Shown: positions 38,252-50,949, numbered from the stretch's first letter. The stretch is 64,000 nucleotides of DNA from an uncultured Bacteroidota bacterium (GCA_903944895.1 CAJATL010000052.1:973-64972), one strand, 5' to 3'. The notes: generated by a model from the letters alone, not told the origin. Numbers and translations: made by a program.

Positions 38252-39202
38252 ATGACAGTAACGCTACAAGTTTTTGAAACAGTTTTTGCCTTTACCATCG
38301 TGGTCATGTTTTGTTTGCTGCTGCGCAAATATTCAATTATCAAAGCCGAAGATGGGAAGATTTTTGCCAGATTGCTTACTCAGGCGGTATTGCCGGCGGT
38401 TATTTTTCTTCAGTTATCGGCAACTCCCATCAAAGCAGGGCAGTTTTTGCTGGTACTTTCCATTTTTGTGGCTGGAATTTTATCAATGATTGCAGCCTGG
38501 CTTGCAGGACGTGCGCTTAAATTATCCAAAGCAAAAACCGGTGCCTTGATGCTGACTTCATCGTTTGGAGCTTCGGCACTTCTGGGTTATCCGTTTATCG
38601 CCTTTTCATTTCCAAATAACCCCGAAGCCATTGCCGATGCTGTGCTTTTAAGCGAATTAGGAGTTGGCTTGCCATTGTTTATTCTGGGTCCGGCCATTGC
38701 CATTTATTTTGGTGAAAAACAGGAAAATGCGGATATGAAAAAAGCATTTTCTTTATCTTATTTCAGTTCTCCGATTTTCATTTCGGTTGTTTTAGGGATA
38801 GCGGTTTCGTTTATTCCCATCAATCGTGAAAACGGTTTTGTTGCTCCTTTTTTTGAAGCGCTGAAAATGATAAACGGGGCATTGTCAATGTTGGCGTGTC
38901 TCATTTTATCATTGCAATTAAAGCTAACATCCTTAAAAGGAATAGTCCCGCTTTTTATTATTTCGGCAATCATCCAGATGTGGTTTCAACCCATGGTAGC
39001 TCATGTCCAGGCTACTTTGTATCATTTATCAACCATACAAACGCAGGTTTTGGTTTTGGTAAGCTCGATGCCTTCGGCGGTACTCGGCCCCGTATTTGCC
39101 AGCCGTTACAACTGCGCCCCCGATACTGCTTCGGCATTGGTTATTGCGCATATTGTGCTGAGTATCGCCATGATACCTGCTGTTTTTTATATGATTGGAT
39201 AA
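38252..39202 (+). CDS. AEC (auxin efflux carrier)-family transporter
   Basis: About 10 TM helices; LPAVIF, LGYPF, SPIF, MPSA motifs. Confidence 0.85.
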   Translation: MTVTLQVFETVFAFTIVVMFCLLLRKYSIIKAEDGKIFARLLTQAVLPAVIFLQLSATPIKAGQFLLVLSIFVAGILSMIAAWLAGRALKLSKAKTGALMLTSSFGASALLGYPFIAFSFPNNPEAIADAVLLSELGVGLPLFILGPAIAIYFGEKQENADMKKAFSLSYFSSPIFISVVLGIAVSFIPINRENGFVAPFFEALKMINGALSMLACLILSLQLKLTSLKGIVPLFIISAIIQMWFQPMVAHVQATLYHLSTIQTQVLVLVSSMPSAVLGPVFASRYNCAPDTASALVIAHIVLSIAMIPAVFYMIG

Positions 39203-39247
39203 GAAGTTTCAGATAATTCACAGATAAATACAAAACAATTAAATCAA

Positions 39248-42070
39248 ATGAAAAAATTAGTAATCGTTTTATTGTGGAGTTCAGTACTGCTCCTCATCGG
39301 AGTTGCAATTTTTGTGATCCGAAAAACAAAGTCTCATGAAACAGTTGCGGGTATGGAAAAAGAAAAGGGTTTAACCCGCACCGAATTTGCCTTTTACAAT
39401 GCGGAGCACGAATTTATGAAAACCAGGAATCCGCAAACGGGAAAAATTCCTGAAAACATCAAAACAAAACAACTTGCTTTTGCCAAAACGCTGCCAAAAA
39501 AAGACGAGTCCGGGCGAAACCAGGATTGGACTTCCCGTGGACCATTTAATGTTGGGGGAAGGATGTTGTGTATCGCGGTTGACATTACCGACGAAACACA
39601 CCTGCTGGCCGGAAGTGCATCGGGCGGAATGTGGCAGTCACTGAATAGCGGCCAAATCTGGACGAAAGTAACAAATGCCATCGGCGAGCAAAGCGCCACC
39701 TGCATTGTGCAGGATAAGCGACCCGGCAAAACCAACATCTGGTATTATGGAACCGGCGAATTACTCAGCACCACCGACCGGAATGTAAGCACCAATGTAA
39801 GAACCGTTGGTATAGGTGATGGGATTTTTAAATCGACTGATAATGGCGCAACCTGGCAGCCGCTGCCGTTTACGCAGGGAGGTTCCCCGGCTTTCCTTAA
39901 CGGGATATTCCAGGGCATCTGGCGAATTGTAACCGACCCGGTAAATCTGGATCAGGATATCGTTTATGCGGCCTGTTATGGTGCAATTATGCGATCGGCC
40001 AATGGCGGCGAAAGCTGGGAGATGGTGCTGGGCGACCTGGAGAATAAATCGTTTGGCACCGATGTGGCCATTACTTCCGATGGAGTTTTGTACGCCATCC
40101 TTGGAAGTTACGGTTGGGGTGTTGAACCACCTGAAAAAGCCGGCGTTTGGCGTTCGGCTGATGGTTTTGAATGGGAAGAAATTACTCCGCAAGGTTTTCC
40201 CGACGACAATCGCACCAGCCGTTTAGCACTGGCCTCATCCAACGAAAATGTATTATACGTTTTTACCGAATCCCAATCACCAAACCTGAATCCCTTCAAC
40301 GGCTACACCAACTCGTTAAATACACTTTGGAAAATGACCTGGAATCCGGCAACAAATGAACCGGTCTGGAGTGATCGGACTCTTGGAACACCCGGCGGCG
40401 GAAGTGGAGATATCAATGATTTCCCTTACAGTTTGGTGGTTTATGGCGGATATTGCATGACACTTGCCGTAAAACCAGACAACGAAAATGTCGTGCTTAT
40501 CGGCGGGATGAACCTTTACCGGTCGGAAAATGGTTTTGCCGACAGCTCACAAACGTTCTACATGGGCGGCTACCCTTACGATATGGACTCCATTCACATG
40601 CTCCATCCCGATATGCACAGCACGGCGTTTCTTCCGTCAAATCCGGATGTGCTGTTTATGGCTTGTGACGGAGGCGTGCAAATCACCGAAAACTGTATGG
40701 CTGCCAGCGAAGATATGTACTGGAGCCGCCTGAACAACAATCTGACGACCAGCCAGTTTTATTCCGTCACCATCGATCACGGTTCTTCAGGAGACGACTG
40801 GATTCTTGGTGGTCTTCAGGATAATAACTGGTATTACACCGTAACGGATGATCCTTCAGAACTTTGGTTGAGTATAGATATTTGCTACGATGGTTTTGCA
40901 ACAGCAGTGGCCCCCGACTGGGAATACTGCGTCATTTCGGCATACAGCGGAAACATCTGGACTACACGGTTCGATGAAACGATGCACACAAAAAATATAT
41001 ATCCACAACTGCCCGACACGCTCCTGGCTTTTTACGATCCCGTGATGGGTTCAAATGCACTTTTCCCGTTTTATCAGAATTTCGCCATTGATCCCAATAA
41101 CTTTGAAACATTTTATTTGCCGACGATTACCAGCATCTGGCGCAAGGACAATCTGAAAGCCTCAGCCTATGATTCCAGTCTGAGGAATACAGGCTGGAGC
41201 CACCTGAGCAATGTTGATGTTGGCGATGCTTCGGAAATCAGTTTTATCACCGTTTCAAAAAGTCCGGCGAATAAGGTTTTTTACGGGACCAACCTGGGAA
41301 AAGTTTACCGTCTTGACGGTGCAAATGCAGGAAACCCGGTCCCGGTTGACATTACAGGCGATGAATTTCCCTTTAATGCTTTTGTTGCCTGCATTGATAT
41401 TAATCCCGAAGATGCCGATCACCTGATGGTGACATTTTCAAATTATGGTGTTCAAAGCCTGTTCCATTCCTCCAATGGCGGCTCCACCTGGACTGCTGTT
41501 GGTGGCAATCTTGAAGAATTTCCTGATGGTTCAGGTGATGGCCCGTCCATCCGCTGCACAAAGTTGTTATCGTATCAGGACAAAAAAATAATTTTTGCAG
41601 GAACAACCCTTGGTTTGTATTCCACAACCTCGCTTGAAGGCGAGAATACCGTCTGGACCCAGGAAGGCCCCGAAAGCATAGGCACAATCATGGTTGACAT
41701 GATTGATGCCCGAAGCATGGATGGTTTTACAGCAATTGCCACCCACGGAAACGGCATTTACAGCACTTTCTTCGATCCTGCTGCATCAGTTGGTGAAACA
41801 GCTCAAAACAGGAAATCAGCAATTACAAATTTCCCAAATCCGTTTAAAAACCAAACCACCGTGAATTATGAGATCAACCAGCCGGGAATGGTTAATCTTT
41901 TGCTTTATGATTTAAACGGCCGACTGGTTAAAAACCTGTTCACCGGATTTCAGCAGGAAGGTTTCCATTCATTTAATCTCGTTGTACCGGAATTACCGGC
42001 TGGGACTTATACTTTGAATCTTCAGGCCGGTGGGATGGCCACCTCAGCTAAGATGATGAAAACCGATTAG
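39248..42070 (+). CDS. T9SS cargo with BNR/Asp-box (VPS10/sialidase-like) beta-propeller
   Basis: WTSRGP.NVGGR, repeated S.D/NGG.TW boxes, HPDMH, GGLQDN, ATHGNG, CTD NFPNPF...GTYTLNL. Confidence 0.85.
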   Translation: MKKLVIVLLWSSVLLLIGVAIFVIRKTKSHETVAGMEKEKGLTRTEFAFYNAEHEFMKTRNPQTGKIPENIKTKQLAFAKTLPKKDESGRNQDWTSRGPFNVGGRMLCIAVDITDETHLLAGSASGGMWQSLNSGQIWTKVTNAIGEQSATCIVQDKRPGKTNIWYYGTGELLSTTDRNVSTNVRTVGIGDGIFKSTDNGATWQPLPFTQGGSPAFLNGIFQGIWRIVTDPVNLDQDIVYAACYGAIMRSANGGESWEMVLGDLENKSFGTDVAITSDGVLYAILGSYGWGVEPPEKAGVWRSADGFEWEEITPQGFPDDNRTSRLALASSNENVLYVFTESQSPNLNPFNGYTNSLNTLWKMTWNPATNEPVWSDRTLGTPGGGSGDINDFPYSLVVYGGYCMTLAVKPDNENVVLIGGMNLYRSENGFADSSQTFYMGGYPYDMDSIHMLHPDMHSTAFLPSNPDVLFMACDGGVQITENCMAASEDMYWSRLNNNLTTSQFYSVTIDHGSSGDDWILGGLQDNNWYYTVTDDPSELWLSIDICYDGFATAVAPDWEYCVISAYSGNIWTTRFDETMHTKNIYPQLPDTLLAFYDPVMGSNALFPFYQNFAIDPNNFETFYLPTITSIWRKDNLKASAYDSSLRNTGWSHLSNVDVGDASEISFITVSKSPANKVFYGTNLGKVYRLDGANAGNPVPVDITGDEFPFNAFVACIDINPEDADHLMVTFSNYGVQSLFHSSNGGSTWTAVGGNLEEFPDGSGDGPSIRCTKLLSYQDKKIIFAGTTLGLYSTTSLEGENTVWTQEGPESIGTIMVDMIDARSMDGFTAIATHGNGIYSTFFDPAASVGETAQNRKSAITNFPNPFKNQTTVNYEINQPGMVNLLLYDLNGRLVKNLFTGFQQEGFHSFNLVVPELPAGTYTLNLQAGGMATSAKMMKTD

Positions 42071-42587
42071 TGAGATTTTTCAAAAAAAAGGTTATTTTTT
42101 TACGTCCCAAAAGCAAACCCAACAGTCCGTCAGATGGCGGACTGTTGGGTTTCGGTTAATTAAAGCAGATGCATTTTCCGATTCGCAAACTCCGCATTCC
42201 TGACCCTTTCGCCAAACAGATTGATTGTATGCTGTGTATGAAATATTACGTCGCAGGCTAATTTGTCGCTCATCTTGTAAATAGGTAAGAATTTGTTTCA
42301 GGCTTACAGCCTGAATAAAGGGTTTCTGTTTTTTCTGCCCGGTGCGATGCCCCAGGTTAGGTTGTTGCTGCCCTTCAGGCAAATTGTCATTCAACATTCC
42401 TGAGTATTGGTAACCGGTTAAATTGTTTACCTCCGCCAGCTGGCGGGGAATTCGCCGTAGGCGATAAAGTATTGTAGAAAAAGTACATCCTCAGTTTAAT
42501 AATACCAGCCAGACTTCGGCGTGAGCTCAGACGAACGCTGGCGGATTAAAGAAATCAAGGGGGCTCAAGACTTTTAAATGTACAAAT

Positions 42588-42748
42588 CAATGTCGTTTAG
42601 TTAACAAATATAAAATGGAACGCGGATCAAACGGATCTGCCAGTTGGCGGACGCGGATTAAAACTGTTTATGATTCAAGAAATCCGCGAAAATCAGCGCT
42701 GCTTGCATCAGCGTTATCAGCGTTCAAATCCTTAACTTAATGACATTG
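42588..42748. mobile_element. 161-bp MITE with 18-bp imperfect terminal inverted repeats and a 10-bp target duplication
   Basis: caatgtcgtttagttaac (42588-42605) / cttaacttaatgacattg (42731-42748); ATGTACAAAT at both 42578-42587 and 42749-42758. Confidence 0.8.
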
Positions 42749-42955
42749 ATGTACAAATGTAAAACAACAAAAATCCAACGAAATTTCTGCGATGTTTTGG
42801 TTTGGTTGGAATTTATTTCAAATACTAAAGCATTATCTTTCAACATCATAAAAAATATTTTCCCTCCAATCACATTTTTTTCTTGCATGGTTTGGAATAT
42901 TTTATGCTACATTTGCCGCCACATTATCGAATTTCCTTTCGGTTGAAAGGTGTTT

Positions 42956-43063
42956 GATTTATAAAGAAGAGTGGAGAGATTAGGCTCGGTGAAACTCTAG
43001 CAACCTACAGGCTAACGCAAGGTGCTAATACCTAACCCCGCAAGTTGCGGGGGAATTATAAAC
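42956..43063 (+). ncRNA. SAM-I (S-box)-type riboswitch
   Basis: tttataAAGAAGAGTGGAGAGA.TAGGCTC.GTGAAACTCTAGCAACC...AAGGTGCTAATACC...hairpin...tataaa fits the S-box consensus; lies upstream of met genes and after a TACATTTG -7 box (~42908). Confidence 0.88.
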
Positions 43064-43079
43064 TAAACACATAAATAAC

Positions 43080-43205
43080 ATGACAACAGTTTTTTTTAGG
43101 TTTCTTACGTTTCGCGGGCTTTGGGCCAACGCGATGGTTTATTCTTTCCTGTCCCCGGGTCTTTCCTGCTCAACTTTTCACATGGCTATGCGAATGCGTG
43201 GCTAA
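43080..43205 (+). CDS. Putative 41-aa leader peptide with Met-rich C-terminus
   Basis: MTTVFFRFLTFRGLWANAMVYSFLSPGLSCSTFHMAMRMRG*; A-rich initiation region; stop codon inside a hairpin. Confidence 0.5.
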   Translation: MTTVFFRFLTFRGLWANAMVYSFLSPGLSCSTFHMAMRMRG

Positions 43206-43334
43206 TTCCTGAATTTTAGCCACGCTAACCGGACAACATCCGGCTTTTCATGCTGTTTCAGACCTTCGATGCAAGGTCATGAACCGGACAATTCCATTCA
43301 TTTTTCAAATTTTCACAACATCATCGTACATTGT

Positions 43335-46032
<2,698 letters not shown>

Positions 46033-46044
46033 CAAGCTGCAGTC

Positions 46045-47088
46045 ATGGGAAACAAACCTCAAGTCTATCATTTTCAAAACCCGTTTCCGCTTGAACTTGG
46101 CGGCAGTTTGCCGGGTATCGAAATCGCTTACCATACTTTTGGAAAGCTAAATGCCGATGCCGATAATGTTGTCTGGATTTGTCATGCCTTAACCGCCAAC
46201 TCCGACCCCAGCGAATGGTGGCCGGGGCTGGTGGGCGAAGGCCGCTTATTCGATCCGGAAAATCATTTTATCGTTTGCGCCAATATTTTAGGCTCGTGTT
46301 ACGGAACCACCGGCCCTTTGTCGGTTAATCCGGAAACCGGGCGGCCGTGGTACCATCAGTTTCCGAAAATCACCATCCGCGATATAGTCTCGGCACACGA
46401 AATTCTGAGGAAGCATCTCAAAATCCAGAAAATTAATACCCTCATTGGCGGCTCAATGGGCGGGCACCAGGCTTTGGAATGGGCCATTGAGAAACCTTTC
46501 CTTTTCGAAAACATCATTTTGCTTGCAACGAGCGCCAGTATTTCACCCTGGGCTATCGCTTTCAACCAATCGCAGCGGCTTGCCATCGAGGCCGACAGTA
46601 CCTACTTTGAAGGCTGGGCAAAAGGTGGCATGGCCGGACTAAAGGCCGCACGCGCAATTGCACTCCTGAGCTATCGTAACAACGAAGCCTATAATTTAAC
46701 CCAGGCTGACGATGATGTGAACAAAACGGCATTTTTCAGGGCGGTTACTTACCAAAACTACCAGGGAGATAAGTTACTGAAAAGGTTCAATGCCTATTCT
46801 TACCACCTCTTAACACGCGTCATGGACACCCACAACGCAGGCCGGAACCGGAACAGCATTGCCGAAGCCTTGCGGCGGGTAAGGGCTAAAACCCTTGTTG
46901 TGGCTATCACTTCCGACATTTTATTCCCGCCGGCAGATATGCGCGTTATTCATCAGAACATCCCCGGAAGTAGCTTTTATGAAATTAATTCGCCATACGG
47001 GCATGATGGTTTTCTTATCGAACATGAACAGTTAACAAGCGTTATTCAAAAATTTTATCAAATACAAAAACATGAAACAGCAGCTTAA
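46045..47088 (+). CDS. metX: Homoserine O-acetyltransferase
   Basis: CHALTA, WW.GLVG, GGSMGG nucleophile, SDILFP, GHDGFL. Confidence 0.93.
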   Translation: MGNKPQVYHFQNPFPLELGGSLPGIEIAYHTFGKLNADADNVVWICHALTANSDPSEWWPGLVGEGRLFDPENHFIVCANILGSCYGTTGPLSVNPETGRPWYHQFPKITIRDIVSAHEILRKHLKIQKINTLIGGSMGGHQALEWAIEKPFLFENIILLATSASISPWAIAFNQSQRLAIEADSTYFEGWAKGGMAGLKAARAIALLSYRNNEAYNLTQADDDVNKTAFFRAVTYQNYQGDKLLKRFNAYSYHLLTRVMDTHNAGRNRNSIAEALRRVRAKTLVVAITSDILFPPADMRVIHQNIPGSSFYEINSPYGHDGFLIEHEQLTSVIQKFYQIQKHETAA

Positions 47089-48256
47089 CATTGGGTTATT
47101 TGGGTTTGGTGTTGTGGGAAACGGGCTTTATGAAGTTTTACAGAAAAGCCAGACCGCACACGCCGAAATCAGGAAAATATGTGTAAAAAACCGCACAAAG
47201 CGCAGGCAGGCGCCTGAATCTCTTTTTTGTTTCGAACCATCGGAGATTTTAGATGATCCGGAAATTAACCTCGTCGTCGAACTGATTGATGATGCCGATG
47301 CAGCTTATGAAATCGTAAAATCTGCGCTTCTAAAAGGGAAAAGTGTGGTGTCGGGCAATAAAAAAATGCTTGCCGTTCATTTGCCCGAGTTAATCGACAT
47401 ACAGAACAAATACGGGGTGGGCCTGCTTTATGATGCTTCCGCCTGTGGCAGCATCCCGGTTATCCGCAACCTGGAGGAATATTACGACAACGATTTGCTG
47501 CAGAGCGTCACCGGAATCTTAAACGGAAGTTCCAACTATATTTTATCCAGGATGTTCAGCCAGAACCTCGATTACCGGGAAGCACTTTTCGGTGCCCAGG
47601 AACTGGGTTTTGCCGAAAGCGACCCTTTTTACGATGTCGAAGGGCTTGATGCGCTTTACAAACTGGTGATTATCACGGTTCATGCTTTTGGGGTTTACAT
47701 TGCTCCCGAACGGATTTTTCATTCAGGAATCTCTAAAATTTCCGAAAACGACATTGGCTTCGCGAAAGAAAAGGGCAGCAAAATAAAACTTGTGGCAAGG
47801 GTCCTCAAAACCGGGCCTGGCAAAATAAGCCTGTCGGTGTTGCCGATGTTTGTTAAACCCGAAAAATACATTTTTAATGTCGAAGACGAGTTTAACGGGG
47901 TGGTGATCAAAGGTGCATTTTACGATAAACAGTTTATGTTCGGGAAAGGTGCAGGCGGTTTTCCCACGGGTTCTGCCGTACTTTCCGACATCACGGCGCG
48001 GGGTTACAATTATCGGTATGAATATAAAAAGATGAAACAGCAACCTGATCTTAAGCTTGATAACGATCATGCTGTAAAAATTTATCTGCGTTTTACGGAT
48101 AAAAAGGACCTGGATATTTTTGGTTTCGAGAGCATCCTTGAACAGCACTATGCCGAAGGATTTAATTATGTAATTGGGAAAATCAGTCTTGAGGCGTTGT
48201 TCAAGGCCCGGCCTGAAATGAGCACGAAGGATATTTTTCTTGCGGAGATTTCCTAA
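47072..48256 (+). CDS. hom: Homoserine dehydrogenase
   Basis: GFGVVG, SGNKK, GSIPVI, GILNGSSNYIL, AQELGFAESDP, GKGAG..PTGSAV. Confidence 0.93.
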   Translation: MKQQLNIGLFGFGVVGNGLYEVLQKSQTAHAEIRKICVKNRTKRRQAPESLFCFEPSEILDDPEINLVVELIDDADAAYEIVKSALLKGKSVVSGNKKMLAVHLPELIDIQNKYGVGLLYDASACGSIPVIRNLEEYYDNDLLQSVTGILNGSSNYILSRMFSQNLDYREALFGAQELGFAESDPFYDVEGLDALYKLVIITVHAFGVYIAPERIFHSGISKISENDIGFAKEKGSKIKLVARVLKTGPGKISLSVLPMFVKPEKYIFNVEDEFNGVVIKGAFYDKQFMFGKGAGGFPTGSAVLSDITARGYNYRYEYKKMKQQPDLKLDNDHAVKIYLRFTDKKDLDIFGFESILEQHYAEGFNYVIGKISLEALFKARPEMSTKDIFLAEIS

Positions 48257-48311
48257 AAAGTTTGGCGTTTAAATGCCGAAAAAATCTATTTTTGCAACCT
48301 GAATAAGGAAT

Positions 48312-48384
48312 GCCACCTTAGCTCAGTTGGTAGAGCAGCGCATTCGTAATGCGCGGGTCGTGGGTTCAAGTCCCATGGGTGGCT
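48312..48384 (+). tRNA. tRNA-Thr(CGT)
   Basis: Acceptor GCCACCT/GGGTGGC, D arm AGCTCAGTTGGTAGAGC, anticodon arm GCGCA-TT-CGT-AA-TGCGC, T arm GTGGG-TTCAAGT-CCCAT. Confidence 0.96.
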
Positions 48385-48391
48385 CAGGAAG

Positions 48392-48418
48392 AGGAGATCG
48401 GAAGGTCTCCTTTTTTTT
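48392..48418 (+). terminator. tRNA terminator
   Basis: aggagatc-ggaa-ggtctcct followed by a T run. Confidence 0.85.
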
Positions 48419-48498
48419 ATTGGAGAATCAAATTGTATGATAGTCCATAATCTTGAATTGATAAATAGAATAATTCGTAATTTTGAATAAAAGTAAAA

Positions 48499-48714
48499 AT
48501 GCAAACTGTAATCGTTACACCAAGAGACGCTGAAGCCGCATTATTTATCAAGAAAATCCTTGAAGACATGAATAGTGTGCAAAGTGTAAGAATTATCGAG
48601 GACTATCGGGAAATCCCCTTTGAAAGACTGTCTGAAAGCAGTCTGATGAAAGAATGGGGCAGCGAGGAAGATAATGTTTATGATGATTGGGCAAATAATC
48701 TATCAGAGAAATAA
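48499..48714 (+). CDS. Putative antitoxin upstream of a PemK/MazF toxin
   Basis: Small acidic protein with LSESSL.KEW.S.ED..YD tail; 2 nt before the toxin gene. Confidence 0.65.
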   Translation: MQTVIVTPRDAEAALFIKKILEDMNSVQSVRIIEDYREIPFERLSESSLMKEWGSEEDNVYDDWANNLSEK

Positions 48715-48716
48715 TT

Positions 48717-49049
48717 ATGGAAATTCAAAAAGGTGACATAATTGTTATTCCTGTTCCTTTTACCGACAATGTTGGATACCGGATACGACCGGCAGTAGTA
48801 ATCTCAAATGATGCCGTTCATTCAACCGGCGATGCTATCATAGTTCAAATTACAAGCAAACAAAAAAATGACGGACTTAGCTTAGAAATATTTCCCGGTG
48901 ATCTTAGTTTAAGTTTACCGGTAAAAAGCTACATCCGCTTTCACAAAATCTTTGTTTAAGAAAAGACGCTAATCAAAAACGTCGTGTCAAAACTTTCCCC
49001 GGAAGCCTACAACAAGTTAATCGAAAAAATTATGGATACAATACGTTAA
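48717..49049 (+). pseudogene. mazF: PemK/MazF-family toxin interrupted by an in-frame TAA (48957-48959)
   Basis: KGDIIVIPVPFTD....IRPAVVISN...IVQITS; the same frame continues after the stop as EKTLIKNVVSKLSPEAYNKLIEKIMDTIR*. Confidence 0.8.
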
Positions 49050-49455
49050 CCTGTTGAATAATAGTGTTAATTGATCGATAAAATAATCAAATAGAAAAAA
49101 TTTCCCTTTTCATCATTTCAATAGTAAGAGCCGGACGGTTATTGGAAAATATAACACTACTTATCCGTTGAAATTATTCTCTATGTCAAATGGCTTTATT
49201 CCTTTATTAACCTACCAGCGTTGGGTTGATCCGCCATCGTTCTACTGAGCTCACGCCGAAGTCTGACTTATTATAAAATTCAAAAACTTCAGTGCCAGTG
49301 AGTGGTTTTACCCGATTTTTATTAATAGCAGAAGCCTGTTTATGGTTTAATCATGTATTGGTTGTAAACAATTTTCAAAAGACATCACCTCATTTGCGAA
49401 ATTTTAATAATCTATAAAGTAATAAATATATTACTTTTGTCTGGAACAAAGAATC

Positions 49456-49668
49456 ATGAAAAGCAGCGAATTGATAAGATTTTTGCAAAGCGATGGCTGG
49501 TTGATTGAACGGCAGGCAGGAAGCCACGTTATCATGAAACATCCTTCAAAAGACGGGAGTTTATCAATTCCGTTTCATGGCTCGGCTGAAGTAAAAAAAG
49601 GATTGCTTCAGGCCATACTTAAAAAAGCAAACCTAAAACGCCAAAAAGATGAAAAAGCCTTCAATTAA
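49456..49668 (+). CDS. hicA: HicA-family mRNA interferase toxin
   Basis: ELIRFLQSDGW..ERQAGSH..MKHP......IP.H...EVKKGLL..ILK.A. Confidence 0.9.
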   Translation: MKSSELIRFLQSDGWLIERQAGSHVIMKHPSKDGSLSIPFHGSAEVKKGLLQAILKKANLKRQKDEKAFN

Positions 49669-50041
49669 AATGAATGTCATAAAAGAAGATTCCGGGTATA
49701 GCGCGCATGTTGAAATTGGCAGCGATTTTATTGCCACGCAGGGCGAAACATTCCAGGAACTTAAGGACAATATTCTGGAGGCTGTAAATTTAGCTTTTGA
49801 GACAAAAGGTATAATTTACGCCATAGATGAAATTAAGTTTCAATACGATTTGGAGAGTTTTTTTGCTTTTTACAAGGTGATTAATGCAAAGGCTTTAAGC
49901 CAGCGCATCGGAATGAACCAAAGTTTGTTGAGCCAGTACATCAAAGGGATTAAAAAACCTTCCGCAATGCAAACAAAACGAATCCTTCAAGGCGTTCAGC
50001 AAATTGGGAGGGAGCTTTCAGAAGTTTCGTTTTTGCTGTAA
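49649..50041 (+). CDS. hicB: HicB-like antitoxin with C-terminal HTH
   Basis: TQGETFQEL..NI.EAV; IN..ALS.RIGMNQSLLSQY..G.KKPS. Confidence 0.85.
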   Translation: MKKPSIKMNVIKEDSGYSAHVEIGSDFIATQGETFQELKDNILEAVNLAFETKGIIYAIDEIKFQYDLESFFAFYKVINAKALSQRIGMNQSLLSQYIKGIKKPSAMQTKRILQGVQQIGRELSEVSFLL

Positions 50042-50258
50042 TGTTTTAACTTCATCAAAATCCTTGATTTCAGAGTAATTCCCAACATTTTTATGGGGTG
50101 ATCGGATTTTGCCCGTTACGAGGATCCCTGCTCAAATTTCTTGATTGGCAGTCTTTGACTTACTGACCCATTTCATAAAGCAGCATCATTTTATGTGGTC
50201 TATAAAATCATAGTCAAGGCGAATTTGCCGCTCACTTCGTAAATTCGCAATAATTTAA

Positions 50259-50680
50259 TTCAGGCTTACAGCCTGATTGGATTTTTCGGGATTTTTATTC
50301 CGGGGCGTTGCCCATAGCCGTCAGGTTAGGAGGTGAGATCTAAGTTTGTTTTGTAAAAGAATCCATAGCCCAGGGCTTCAGCCCAAAGCAGTCAGGTTAA
50401 GAAATCATAACAATGCTTGTTTTGGAAAAGAATCAATAGCCCAGGGCTGAAGCCCTGGGTTACATGAGATGAGCGGCCATGAACCACCAGGTTGTTTACG
50501 ACCTTCAAAGGACAGGAATCGGCTGATGAAAAGAGGTGTAAACGCCTTGGTTTTTTGCGTTGGAGATTCCAACAATCCCAATCTGCCATCGTTCGACTGA
50601 GCTCACGCCGAAGTCTGGCGGACCGGGCTATTGAAAATAGCAGGATTTTGGGCTTAACCTGACGGCTATGGGCAAAGCCC
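50259..50680. mobile_element. Nested REP/MITE complex including copy B of the 13423 element
   Basis: 21-bp perfect inverted repeat ttgcccatagccgtcaggtta (50308-50328) / taacctgacggctatgggcaa (50655-50675); a second left end caaagcagtcaggttaag at 50384-50401. Confidence 0.75.
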
Positions 50681-50949
50681 AATGTAAAAATCAAACCAGA
50701 TAAAGCAATCTGAAGTGCCACAACATTCCGGCGTTAAAAATTCCTGAAATGGGCTTAAAACTTCATAATTCCGATTGCGCCCTTAAATATTGCGATTTTC
50801 CATTTTTCGGGAGGTGAGTAAACCTGAAGTTTCATGCTGACTTTTTGAGGATTTGCCAGGCAAAAATTATTTTAATTATCCGGTAGGGTAAAACCAACCT
50901 CATGCGGTTTAACTTTGTAAACAATTTTATTTATCAAAAAGATTTAATC

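Noticed and set aside
48286-48504. 72-aa minus-strand ORF
   Set aside because: It is the antisense of tRNA-Thr and its terminator
48957-48959. Programmed readthrough or alternative genetic code in the toxin
   Set aside because: The codon is TAA, which terminates many other genes here; no recoding signal is visible
48312-50100. Intact prophage or integrative element at the tRNA
   Set aside because: No integrase, phage gene or att duplication was found
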